Below are positions 53,666 to 63,040 of a stretch of DNA of 64,000 nucleotides, piece after piece. The translations under genes were made by a program, and so were the position numbers. The notes under the pieces were generated by a model, which was given only the letters and a program-made list of their open reading frames with translations, made no database searches and had not been told where the DNA came from. Each line of letters starts with the position of its first letter. Position 1 is the stretch's first letter. This DNA comes from an uncultured Gammaproteobacteria bacterium (GTDB lineage: Bacteria > Patescibacteriota > Patescibacteriia > XYB2-FULL-38-15), in NCBI GenBank assembly GCA_965231095.1, contig OZ246416.1, positions 436,380 through 500,379 on the forward strand, written 5' to 3'.

Positions 53666-55885
53666 TTATCTTATCACTCCAACATTTATTCCTCCCTTAA
53701 AATCTTGGCCAAAAGCAAAAAATTCTTTACGCAAAAATCCCTTATTATTATATACCTTAACATGCGGCCCGCCGCCCGCTCCGGCGCCAACAATAATTTC
53801 CGAAACTTTATCTCCATCCAAATCACCCAAAGCCAATGTCACTCCTCCGACTAAATTAACAAACGGAGAAAATTTTAATTTCAAAGTCATATACTGGCCG
53901 TAAACCCTAACCTCGCCGCTCCCGCTCATCTTGCTTACCGCCAGCTCGGAAATTTTATCCCCGTCAATGTCGCCGACAGAAATTCGAACGCCGCTTCTGT
54001 GTTCTTTTTCGAAAGCTAAAAATTGAGTATTTAAATTTCCTTTGGAATCAAAAACTTTAATCATGGACTCCAGCCCATTGCCCGGCGCCGTAACTATGTC
54101 TGCTCGCCCGTCACTATCAATATCGCCAACCGCAACATTTACTCCCCCGCGAAAAGTTGTGGCATAGGCCATAAATCCGCCGACGGCCGTTCCGTCCTGG
54201 CGAAAAATTCTAACATGCGGCCCGCCGCCCGGCCCCGCGCCGGTAATAATTTCGCTTTTCCCGTCACTATCAATATCGCCAACCGCAACATTTACTCCCC
54301 CGCGAAAAGTTGTGGCATAGGCCATAAATCCGCCGACGGCCGTTCCGTCCTGGCGAAAAATTCTAACATGCGGCCCGCCGCCCGGCCCCGCGCCGGTCAC
54401 GATTTCACCAACTCCGTCCCCGTTTAAATCACCCGAAGACAAACTCACACCGCCTAAAAATTTTTCCGGATAAACCAAAAAACTTTTTATAAAAGTGGAA
54501 TCTTCTTTAAAAATTTTTACTTCTGGTTTTAAACCAGCGAGTGGGCTAACAATTATATTCCCCTTTTGAAGTGCAAAAGGAGAACTCTCCGTTGTCAAAT
54601 ATGCCGCCTCAATTGTCCGGCCAATATTTAATCTCCCCTTTCCCAACTTGCCAACATAATCGGGATTTTGAGCGTCAATATTATCAGCATTCACTGTTAG
54701 AAGATTTCTAATCTCCGGCACGCCAAGACTTGGATTTAAAGATTTTATAAGCGCCGCGGTTCCGGCAACAATCGGCGCGGCTACCGATGATCCTGACCAT
54801 CCGCCACTGTAATATTCCGTAAATTGCGGCATACCGGGATTGTACGCAACCGTGCCCCAAATATCAATTCCCGGCGCGGCCACATCAACGCACTTTGTTC
54901 CGTAATTTGAAAATTCTGCTTTTTTGTCGTCTTTATCCGTCGCGGCCACCCCGATCACAATATTTTCTCCGTCGCCCCCGTAATAACAAACCGGGTAAAG
55001 CGGCTCCTCATCCAAATTTTTTCCCGAGCTGCCATAATTCCCCACTGCGGCCACAACTACAATGCCGGCTTTGTATGCCCTCTCCAATGCCAAAAATAAA
55101 CTTTTACTAAAACCTGATCCAATAAAACTTAAATTGATAACGTCCACTCCTTTTTCCACCGCGTAATCAATTCCTTCAATCACCGTTAAAACATCACCCG
55201 AGCCGGAAGAATCTAAAACGCGGATTGGCATAATTTTTGCCTCCCAAGCCACGCCGGCCGTCCCTCGCGAATTGTTCCCCACCGAAGCGGCTACTCCAGC
55301 GACGATTGTTCCATGATCAATTCCTTCTTTGGTAAACCACCACTCTTTAAAATCCGGTCTGGCGTTATTGTCGCCCGCGACAAAATCCCAACCATTCACA
55401 TCGTCAACATAAATATTTCCATCATTATCCACTCCATCGTTTTTGACTTCTCCTGGATTAACCCAAATATTATCCGCGAGATCAGGATGATCGATATCCA
55501 CCCCAGAATCCAAAACGGCGATTACCGTATCTTTGTTGCCCGAAGTTTTTTCCCAGCCACTCCACACATGGACTTTATCCAAGTACCATTGCTTGGAAAT
55601 AAAGGGGTCGTTTGAAGCAATTGTCTCGGCTGTCATTTTATAATTCGGTTCGGCAAATTCCACCTCCGGCCTATTTTTATATTTTAAAATTGCCTCCGAC
55701 ACGCTCTCGCCTGAATCTAAAACTATTTTTTCCACCCGTTCCTGATTTTTGAATTTAACCAAAATCTCGTCCGCTTTGTATGGCAGAATATTTTTTTCCA
55801 AAGCCAAAACCCCGGGACCAAAAATCGTGAAAATTAAACTAAAAATTGTCGCCAAAATGATATTTTTGCGCATAGATTTATTCAT
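53666..55885 (-). CDS. Secreted S8 (subtilisin-like) protease with C-terminal FG-GAP-like repeats
   Basis: VLDSG, DHGT and SGSSVAAP triad; GD.DGDG..EI..GAG.GGGPHV repeats. Confidence 0.9.
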   Translation of the reverse strand: MNKSMRKNIILATIFSLIFTIFGPGVLALEKNILPYKADEILVKFKNQERVEKIVLDSGESVSEAILKYKNRPEVEFAEPNYKMTAETIASNDPFISKQWYLDKVHVWSGWEKTSGNKDTVIAVLDSGVDIDHPDLADNIWVNPGEVKNDGVDNDGNIYVDDVNGWDFVAGDNNARPDFKEWWFTKEGIDHGTIVAGVAASVGNNSRGTAGVAWEAKIMPIRVLDSSGSGDVLTVIEGIDYAVEKGVDVINLSFIGSGFSKSLFLALERAYKAGIVVVAAVGNYGSSGKNLDEEPLYPVCYYGGDGENIVIGVAATDKDDKKAEFSNYGTKCVDVAAPGIDIWGTVAYNPGMPQFTEYYSGGWSGSSVAAPIVAGTAALIKSLNPSLGVPEIRNLLTVNADNIDAQNPDYVGKLGKGRLNIGRTIEAAYLTTESSPFALQKGNIIVSPLAGLKPEVKIFKEDSTFIKSFLVYPEKFLGGVSLSSGDLNGDGVGEIVTGAGPGGGPHVRIFRQDGTAVGGFMAYATTFRGGVNVAVGDIDSDGKSEIITGAGPGGGPHVRIFRQDGTAVGGFMAYATTFRGGVNVAVGDIDSDGRADIVTAPGNGLESMIKVFDSKGNLNTQFLAFEKEHRSGVRISVGDIDGDKISELAVSKMSGSGEVRVYGQYMTLKLKFSPFVNLVGGVTLALGDLDGDKVSEIIVGAGAGGGPHVKVYNNKGFLRKEFFAFGQDFKGGINVGVIR
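54107..54397. repeat. 138-bp identical direct repeat with a 153-bp period, inside the S8 gene
   Basis: 54107-54244 is identical to 54260-54397 by eye. Confidence 0.9.
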
Positions 55886-55975
55886 TTATTATATCACCCC
55901 TCATTTCAAAAAACAAGCCAGGTACTACAAAGGGCCGCCCCGCCAAGGACAGCCCCTTATTTCCTCTAAACTAAC

Positions 55976-57868
55976 CTAAAACAGATCGCTTATTGTCCTT
56001 GCGGCAGCCTCAACCGAGGCCTTATTATAATCCGATGTTCCGTTAACGTCTACTCCCGCGATAGCGTTCCCATAATTTGTTTTGTAAACTTCCGGCACAG
56101 CGATAATTTTCTTTTCCCAGTCCGCGCCGTAAAGCGAAGACGCCGTACTCGCCGAAGTAATCCATCTCAATTGTCCGGTCGCAGTCAGAACGTAAACTTT
56201 TGGATCAAGGACGCGGAAGGGGGTATCCATACTGACAAATTGAACCAAATATGTCCCGGGTTTTGCGAGAACATTTCCGCCGAGCGATACTGATGTTACG
56301 GTGCTGTGAGCCACAGTTTTAATGGTAGAAAAATCTGAATACCAAGAAAAGTAAATTGCTTGGGTCGGGAAAACATGCCTTTTCCCATCATCGCCGTAAT
56401 AATATACGGCGGTGCTTCCGGATTCTTTAAATAAATCTCCGTAATTCAAGTCCCCGGCAGTTGGGGTTGTAAAGGTAACCATCACTGTTTGGGATATAGT
56501 TACACCCCCAGCTACAGCTGTAAAATTTACTATTCCGGCGGTACCTGATTTAACATTAAAATAGGCTCTGCCCAAACTATCGGTGATCCCTCCGCCAGCG
56601 CCAAATGTAATTACATCCGCTACTCCAGTGCGACTAGAATACAGAGCAACCGTTTTCCCATTTAAAGGATTACTATCTGAATCACAGACCGTTACCGTGA
56701 CGAGAGAAAAATCCGCCCCGTTCGCTATCACCGAAGTCGGAGAAGCAGAAACACTTGATCTTGAAGCGGAAACCGAACCTGTTGTCACGGCCGTAAATGT
56801 CACGGTTGCTGTCTGGCTGATTGTCGTGCCGTCCGCCACGGCGGTCAAAGTCGCGCTACCAGTCGTACTTGAACGAACTTGAAAAAACGCGTTTCCGTCC
56901 ATGTTGGTTACGCCATTAACCACGGCGATTGTATCAATCGCCCCGCGACTGGAAGATAGCGTCACGGTTTTTCCGGAGAGGACGCTCCCTGAAGAATTTT
57001 TTGCCGTCACAATAATGCCGGAGAAAGAAGATCCGTTTGCCGTGACTGAAGTTGGCGACGCGGAAACCAGGGATTGACTCGCCGAAACAACTAAAGGAAC
57101 ATCCGCGGCAGTTCTAAAGCTCCATGGATTTGCCGCAGCCGGCGAACTTCCGAAAGACACCAAATATCCGGATTTATCCTCGCCGCTTGCCGTAACTGTA
57201 ATATTTGTATCATAAGGAAGCGTTGATATCCTTGATCGAGTAACAGCCGTATTGTCACCGTTCCAAGAAGCCGCACCCCAACTTCCCTCGCTGATAGAAA
57301 GAGAAACCGTACCGGTCATCATTGGCTCGGAAAAAGTTACGACAACAGACGGCGTCGTAACACTAACTCCGGTTGCCCCGGAAGCCGGCACAGTAGAAAC
57401 AATAACCGGCGAAGCGTTGTCATCAATATTAATAAGAGACTGATCCGGCGCAAAAACACTAAGAACCGCGACACTTCCCAAATTTTCTTGATTTATATAA
57501 TCAAGATCTGCCGGGAAAAAAATTCCTGGATAACCCGTTTTATTGGCGGCTCCCCCCACCAAAAGATAAAAATAATTTGTACTGCCGTCGCAGTTTGCGT
57601 CAACTCCCGCGCCGTTTAATATCCCCGTTGGACCGGTCAGACCAACACTTCCTCCACCAAGCGCCCAATCCCCCGCTTCAAATTTACAATTTGTGACATT
57701 ACCATTCCAAACCACTTTTACGCGGTCAATCGTACCATTATGATTAAAATCACTAAAAGCGGCCGAATCCATGGTCGGCGTCCAGGCGTTTGCCGCTTGC
57801 GGAAAAAAACTTACTCCACTCGCGGTCAAAGCTATGGCAACAACAAGAAAAATTCTTAATGTTTTCAT
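55976..57868 (-). CDS. Secreted Ig-like/invasin-domain surface protein with a CPR-type C-terminal domain
   Basis: Signal peptide; Big_5-like VTFSEPM; two S.VSASPTSV.ANG repeats; GDL.K..VYYYG.DGKRH.FP. Confidence 0.8.
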   Translation of the reverse strand: MKTLRIFLVVAIALTASGVSFFPQAANAWTPTMDSAAFSDFNHNGTIDRVKVVWNGNVTNCKFEAGDWALGGGSVGLTGPTGILNGAGVDANCDGSTNYFYLLVGGAANKTGYPGIFFPADLDYINQENLGSVAVLSVFAPDQSLINIDDNASPVIVSTVPASGATGVSVTTPSVVVTFSEPMMTGTVSLSISEGSWGAASWNGDNTAVTRSRISTLPYDTNITVTASGEDKSGYLVSFGSSPAAANPWSFRTAADVPLVVSASQSLVSASPTSVTANGSSFSGIIVTAKNSSGSVLSGKTVTLSSSRGAIDTIAVVNGVTNMDGNAFFQVRSSTTGSATLTAVADGTTISQTATVTFTAVTTGSVSASRSSVSASPTSVIANGADFSLVTVTVCDSDSNPLNGKTVALYSSRTGVADVITFGAGGGITDSLGRAYFNVKSGTAGIVNFTAVAGGVTISQTVMVTFTTPTAGDLNYGDLFKESGSTAVYYYGDDGKRHVFPTQAIYFSWYSDFSTIKTVAHSTVTSVSLGGNVLAKPGTYLVQFVSMDTPFRVLDPKVYVLTATGQLRWITSASTASSLYGADWEKKIIAVPEVYKTNYGNAIAGVDVNGTSDYNKASVEAAARTISDLF

Positions 57869-58042
57869 AAATTTTGATTAAAATTAAATTAAGATTAGAA
57901 GGCCGCTTTTTGACCCTCTGATTATAAGACGAATAACGCACCTAAATATTTCAACTTTCATTAAAAAATTATATCACAAAAATGGATGAAACAAAATGAA
58001 GCGAGCCAAAAAGCCCGCCCCATCTTCGATTCATCAAATTCA

Positions 58043-61000
58043 TTAATAAATTGACGTCAAGGCACTCTCCCCACCAATAATGTCCGCGCCCGGGGCGTAG
58101 TAAAGAGTTGTAGGGATTGCAAAAACGTACTCACTGCGGAAATTATTGGCGGCAAATCCAGCGGTAGTAATTTTTCTTTTTTCCGCGCCCTGGATGTAAT
58201 AGATTTCAGTTGTGCCGGAATATTGGACTAACGCGCCGGTGGGGTGAGCGTCGGTTGAAATATCTGAACCAAAGGAATAGTCGCCCCAAAAAGCCAGCGG
58301 CACATCAATTATTTTTTTTGCCCAATCCGCGCCGTAAAGAGTTTTGATTCTTACCTCGGTTGGAATCCAACGGAGAAGGCCGTTCGGTTCAACCGCGTAA
58401 ACTTTTGAATCAGTATCAATTTTTACAAGCACGGTTCCCGGGCGAACCGTAACGTTTTTGCCCAAAGGAATGGCCTGGAGTTCTGCCGCCGTGACGCTTC
58501 TGACGTTGCTCCAATCCGGATACCACGTCTTGTAAGTTTTTTCATTTGGAAAAATGTGGCGTTTATTGTCCGAGCCGTAATAGTAAACAGTCGTGCTCAT
58601 TGGACTCTTCAGAAGATCGCCTGCTACAAGCCCGGCCGAACTTCCCGCTCCCGGCGGGGTCTCTGCTCCCGGCGGCGGAGGCGTGGTATAAGTGATGGTG
58701 AAATCTGCGTCGGAAATATCAGAAGCAACAAAAACATTACTTGCATCATACCCCTCAACTTTAACTTTCACCGTGCCGCTCGGAATATTAGGAACTGTCC
58801 AAGAATAGGTGCCGTCACTATTTTCATCGGTGGCAATTGTGTACGGAAAATTTACGCCCCGATCAAGAGAATAAAATAATTTAACTTTTGTGATTGCCGA
58901 ACTGGTGGAAGACCAAGTAATATTTTTATTTGAACTGCCAGCCCAAACTTCGCCGCCGTTTGGAGATAAAACTGTAACAGAAGCCGGCAGCCCCGCTCCC
59001 CCGCCTCCGCTGCCTCCGCTTGTCGCCGCGACAGTCGTAAAGGTGTAAGGATCGGCAACGACGACGGAGCTAACATCAAGAGTTCCGTCTCCTGTAGCCG
59101 CCGAATTAATTGACCCTTGGACTAAATCAATTGAGTATATTTGTAAACCAGCCCAAGGATCATGAGAGGCAAAAGTCACAACTGTATCGCTGGCCGTCCA
59201 AGTACCATTAACGCTGCCGAGAGTAAAGGTTGGAGTTCTGCCAAGAGTGGTTGTTGTAATATCAGTCGTGGTCATGGCTTCAGAAAAAGTGATGGAGAAG
59301 CTGGCGTCCAGGGCAACACCTGTCGCAGCATCAGCCGGAGAGGTGGACATCACGATCGGATCTGCTTCATCGTTTTCCGTACCCACGGCGTCAGCAAGAG
59401 CCATCTGGTTTAAAGCCGGTGAAGCATCTGTCAGACCCAAGGTGTTGTGGTGCAAGTAAACAAGTTCCGTACCGGTAATGCCGGTTGTGACGGTCAGACG
59501 ATAATATTGATCATTGGCATCCGCGTCGGCTCCGGGGTAGACAACGGTCGTGCTCTCGCCAGAGACCGCTTCTTCGCCAGTGGCATTATCAGTTGAATCG
59601 TTATCAAGTTCAAAGTTAGCGGCGACGACAGAGGTGTCCGTGATATTTTCACTGAAAGTTATATCAACGGCGTTTACGTCGCCGTCACCGTCGGTGTCTA
59701 CTGAGTAGGTGTTTAAGACAACCGGGGCAGCCCCGTCAATACCGGTAGGACTTACCTCACCGTTCGCCATCTCAAGAGGAGTTAAGGCCTCATCATCAAT
59801 ATCCATGAGAACTCCGGCCAGGACGTATGTCGCTTCAACCGTGATTGACGTACTACCCGCGGTACAACCAGTTAAGTCGGAAAGGGTCATGGTGCTTACG
59901 CTGTTTGCGGTATAGTCATTAGTTGCGTCAACAACGCAAGAATCGGAAAGGGTGATTCCATCAAAACCATCAGCCGCTCCGTTTGTGTCTGTGATATCTA
60001 CTGTCTCTGAGAAAGTAAGAACAACTCGGTCTACTGTTCCATCTCCGGTTTGGTCTGAAGATGTTGAAGTGAGAATGGCAGGTGTGGCGGCGTCAGCGGC
60101 CGTAACGGGCGCGGCAAAAGAAGGAGCTTGATTTAAATTACCGGCATCAATCACGCTCCCCTTGGGAGCGATATTGGAATAATTAATCGTTGGGTCCGTT
60201 CCGCCGCCGGTTACATCAGAAGTGGCCGCGACTGTCACTTGGATATCATTTCCCGAAACCGCGCAAGCAGATGGCGTGTTTGCCCCCACCACTGTGCCAG
60301 CGGTGGGAATTGACCAATCAGCCGCTTGGAAAGTACAGGATAAACTCGCTTCGGCAGTCATTGTCACGTCGATTCTGTCAACCGTGCCATCGCCGTTCGC
60401 GTCTTTGTAGGCGGCCGAAACCGGACGCGGCGCGGCGCCGTCAGTTAGAGTTTGTGGCCCGGTAGTTCCGGCTGGATTTAGAGCGGTATCTTTAACGCTG
60501 CCATTGGCATCACCATTATCATAAGAAATAGTCGGAGCGCTTGTCGCGCCAGTTCGGTTTGGATCGGCAGTTACCGTCACATTGATAACCTGATTTCCCC
60601 CTGCGTCATCCGCCGCCGCAGAAAACGATGCGTTCAAATCTCCGCCAACAATTGTCCAATCATCCGTCGTGCTTCCTGTCATTGTTACATTTTCCGACCA
60701 CCAAGTTTGAAATGTCTCGACTGAACCATCCGAACTGTTATCGAGATACATCTGAATTCCCCCATCACCGCCCAAAACCGGCGCCGCGCCATCAGCAACA
60801 GTTGCCTGAGTTTGGCTACCCTGCAGGAGAGTTGTGTTCGCGCTTCCATCCACCAGAGAAAAAGCGTTTTGAGTGGAAATCGCCAAAAGAGTAGTAGCGT
60901 CGTAGGTAGCGATAACACTTGATTCCGTACCAAGATTAATATTGGTAAAAGTGACTGAACCAGTAACTAGGTCCGTGGCATCAACGCCGAAAACCGCACC

Positions 61001-62869
61001 AGTAAAACTACCAACATTGTCAAAAACCAAGTCATTGGCCGAGACAACTGAACCGATCGTAACAGTTTCCGTGTAGGTAAGCATTATCCTGTCAATTTTT
61101 CCGTCGCCATCCTCGTCTTTATAAGTAATAGTTCCAATGGTTGGAATGGCGCCGTCAGTTGACGCAACCGGCGCGCCGTCCACGGCAATGTTATTGGTAT
61201 ATGCATCGCCCAACGAAGAATTTACCGTAATTTGCGTATCCGGAGTAGCTCCAGTATCGAACGTTCCACCCTCGGTAAAAATGACTAAAAAGATATTGTC
61301 ATTAGCCGACCCGCCGGTAGAATAGCTTTCTACAATATATCCGTTAACCGTAATCGTCAAGCCTGTAAAATCATCATCAAGGTTTTCGTTTGTGGTAAAA
61401 GTGATTCTATCAATGTGCCCGTCATTATCGTTATCAGATGTCACGCGCGAAGAGATAGTTGGGCTGGCCGAATCAATAGTTTGAGTATTGGCATTTAGGA
61501 CAACTGCGTTTGTTGGGCCGTCATTTGTTGATTCCATAAACACACCAACATCGTCATCTGCTGTAGCAACCCCATCGGCACCCGCGTCATTATAAACTGG
61601 AATTTGAAATTTTAAAGTTCGGGCAGTGGTTGGCGTGGCAGTCAAATCAACTGTCACAAAAATTCTTTGGCCGACAGTCGCCGCGACTGCTTGAGCCAAA
61701 CCACCCAACCTCCACTCTTTAGTATCCCCTGAATTTACGGTCATCACTCCAAGAGAAGTGTCTGTGCCAAGCCCCTGAAATCCGGCTGCTCCGGCGTCGA
61801 CCCAAACTCTAACTTGAGAAATATCTGTTACGTTAACCGCCGTTCCGGTATTTTGAACTCCAATCCCAGTAAAAAGATCGTCCTGCCGATCAACCACGCT
61901 ATTTGGCGTCGCGCCTCCGGCTGTTCCACCGTCAATATAAATATTGGAATTTCCGTCAAAAGCCCCCGCTCCGGTATATTTACAGGCCTCTGATCCCGCG
62001 CCCGCGCCGTTGCAATCCGCCGGAAAATTGCTTATGACAGATCCCGCTCCCGCACCAACGATATAAGTCCCATCGGCTCCGGCGGAATAAGTTAATTCTC
62101 CAACATTATTTTCATAAAAAATATCTTCACCATCATCGTAGTCGCCGTCATTATTGCCGCCCATCGTCACCGCATCGCCAAAAGCCCAAGTGCCATTTGT
62201 TTCCGTCCCCGCAGCTGTAGCATTGGTACCGATAATATAGGTGCCGTCATTAGAACCGTTATTACTGCAATCTCCGTCTAAGTCAATTCTAACTGCTGTT
62301 AAGACCCAGGGAAATAAACTATCAGCACAGACGGCCACGGCGCCGTGGCCAATATCGTTACCCATGGTTAAAAGCGGATCGCCCGCGGCGGCCGCGGGAT
62401 TAATCGTGCCAATTCCTGTAGACCCTGAACCATCGGCATCAACCAAGTCATCAGCCGCCGAAGTTACAACGCTATCCGCATCCAAGTCGGCTACTACCGC
62501 CTCTGTGGTTTGAAAACCGACGTCAACCAAATCTTCAACATAACCAACGCCAGTAGTTGTCCCTATAGCCGGAAAAGCGTTTAGGGTATCCCCTTGCCAA
62601 TTATCAACTACTCCCGCATCCCAATACAAAGTATCTGCCGTGTATGCCCCGCCGCTCCAGGCGTCGGGAATTGTCACGTCCATTACCAGCCGGTCGGTAT
62701 AACTCGGGCCCCAGGTTGCGGTCGCCGCGCCGTTATTTGTAAAATCGGCCGCGACCGAGGCTTCGGTAAAAAGTAACGGATAAATCAAAAATCCAACCAT
62801 GGAAAGGGCAACAATAAAATATGTCCCCACAAATAAAATTGGAAAACGTTTTTTGATGAATTTGGCCAT
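58043..62869 (-). CDS. 1608-aa acidic surface protein with six DxDxDG Ig-like repeats and the CPR-type C-terminal domain
   Basis: N-terminal anchor; repeated D.DGDG.(V/I)DR..(L/F)TF.E; VLSPNGGE domain; shared C-terminal domain. Confidence 0.8.
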   Translation of the reverse strand: MAKFIKKRFPILFVGTYFIVALSMVGFLIYPLLFTEASVAADFTNNGAATATWGPSYTDRLVMDVTIPDAWSGGAYTADTLYWDAGVVDNWQGDTLNAFPAIGTTTGVGYVEDLVDVGFQTTEAVVADLDADSVVTSAADDLVDADGSGSTGIGTINPAAAAGDPLLTMGNDIGHGAVAVCADSLFPWVLTAVRIDLDGDCSNNGSNDGTYIIGTNATAAGTETNGTWAFGDAVTMGGNNDGDYDDGEDIFYENNVGELTYSAGADGTYIVGAGAGSVISNFPADCNGAGAGSEACKYTGAGAFDGNSNIYIDGGTAGGATPNSVVDRQDDLFTGIGVQNTGTAVNVTDISQVRVWVDAGAAGFQGLGTDTSLGVMTVNSGDTKEWRLGGLAQAVAATVGQRIFVTVDLTATPTTARTLKFQIPVYNDAGADGVATADDDVGVFMESTNDGPTNAVVLNANTQTIDSASPTISSRVTSDNDNDGHIDRITFTTNENLDDDFTGLTITVNGYIVESYSTGGSANDNIFLVIFTEGGTFDTGATPDTQITVNSSLGDAYTNNIAVDGAPVASTDGAIPTIGTITYKDEDGDGKIDRIMLTYTETVTIGSVVSANDLVFDNVGSFTGAVFGVDATDLVTGSVTFTNINLGTESSVIATYDATTLLAISTQNAFSLVDGSANTTLLQGSQTQATVADGAAPVLGGDGGIQMYLDNSSDGSVETFQTWWSENVTMTGSTTDDWTIVGGDLNASFSAAADDAGGNQVINVTVTADPNRTGATSAPTISYDNGDANGSVKDTALNPAGTTGPQTLTDGAAPRPVSAAYKDANGDGTVDRIDVTMTAEASLSCTFQAADWSIPTAGTVVGANTPSACAVSGNDIQVTVAATSDVTGGGTDPTINYSNIAPKGSVIDAGNLNQAPSFAAPVTAADAATPAILTSTSSDQTGDGTVDRVVLTFSETVDITDTNGAADGFDGITLSDSCVVDATNDYTANSVSTMTLSDLTGCTAGSTSITVEATYVLAGVLMDIDDEALTPLEMANGEVSPTGIDGAAPVVLNTYSVDTDGDGDVNAVDITFSENITDTSVVAANFELDNDSTDNATGEEAVSGESTTVVYPGADADANDQYYRLTVTTGITGTELVYLHHNTLGLTDASPALNQMALADAVGTENDEADPIVMSTSPADAATGVALDASFSITFSEAMTTTDITTTTLGRTPTFTLGSVNGTWTASDTVVTFASHDPWAGLQIYSIDLVQGSINSAATGDGTLDVSSVVVADPYTFTTVAATSGGSGGGGAGLPASVTVLSPNGGEVWAGSSNKNITWSSTSSAITKVKLFYSLDRGVNFPYTIATDENSDGTYSWTVPNIPSGTVKVKVEGYDASNVFVASDISDADFTITYTTPPPPGAETPPGAGSSAGLVAGDLLKSPMSTTVYYYGSDNKRHIFPNEKTYKTWYPDWSNVRSVTAAELQAIPLGKNVTVRPGTVLVKIDTDSKVYAVEPNGLLRWIPTEVRIKTLYGADWAKKIIDVPLAFWGDYSFGSDISTDAHPTGALVQYSGTTEIYYIQGAEKRKITTAGFAANNFRSEYVFAIPTTLYYAPGADIIGGESALTSIY

Positions 62870-62987
62870 AAGTTTATAATCTATAAATTAAAATTATTTA
62901 TATAAAATTTAATAAACAACCAAAAATTTTCCTCTTTAAGGAGTTCTTTGTTTCTCTGACTATATTATACCAAAAAAATAACAAAAC

Positions 62988-63023
62988 AAAAAGAGGCAAA
63001 TCTCGCGACTTACCTCTTTTTTA
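62988..63023 (-). terminator. Terminator between surface-protein genes
   Basis: aaaaagagg..cctctttttt. Confidence 0.65.
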
Positions 63024-63040
63024 TCTATGTCAAGAACAAC

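Noticed and set aside
54107-54397. CRISPR or DGR interpretation of the direct repeat
   Set aside because: Two in-frame coding copies, no spacers, no adenine-specific mismatches, and no cas or RT gene.
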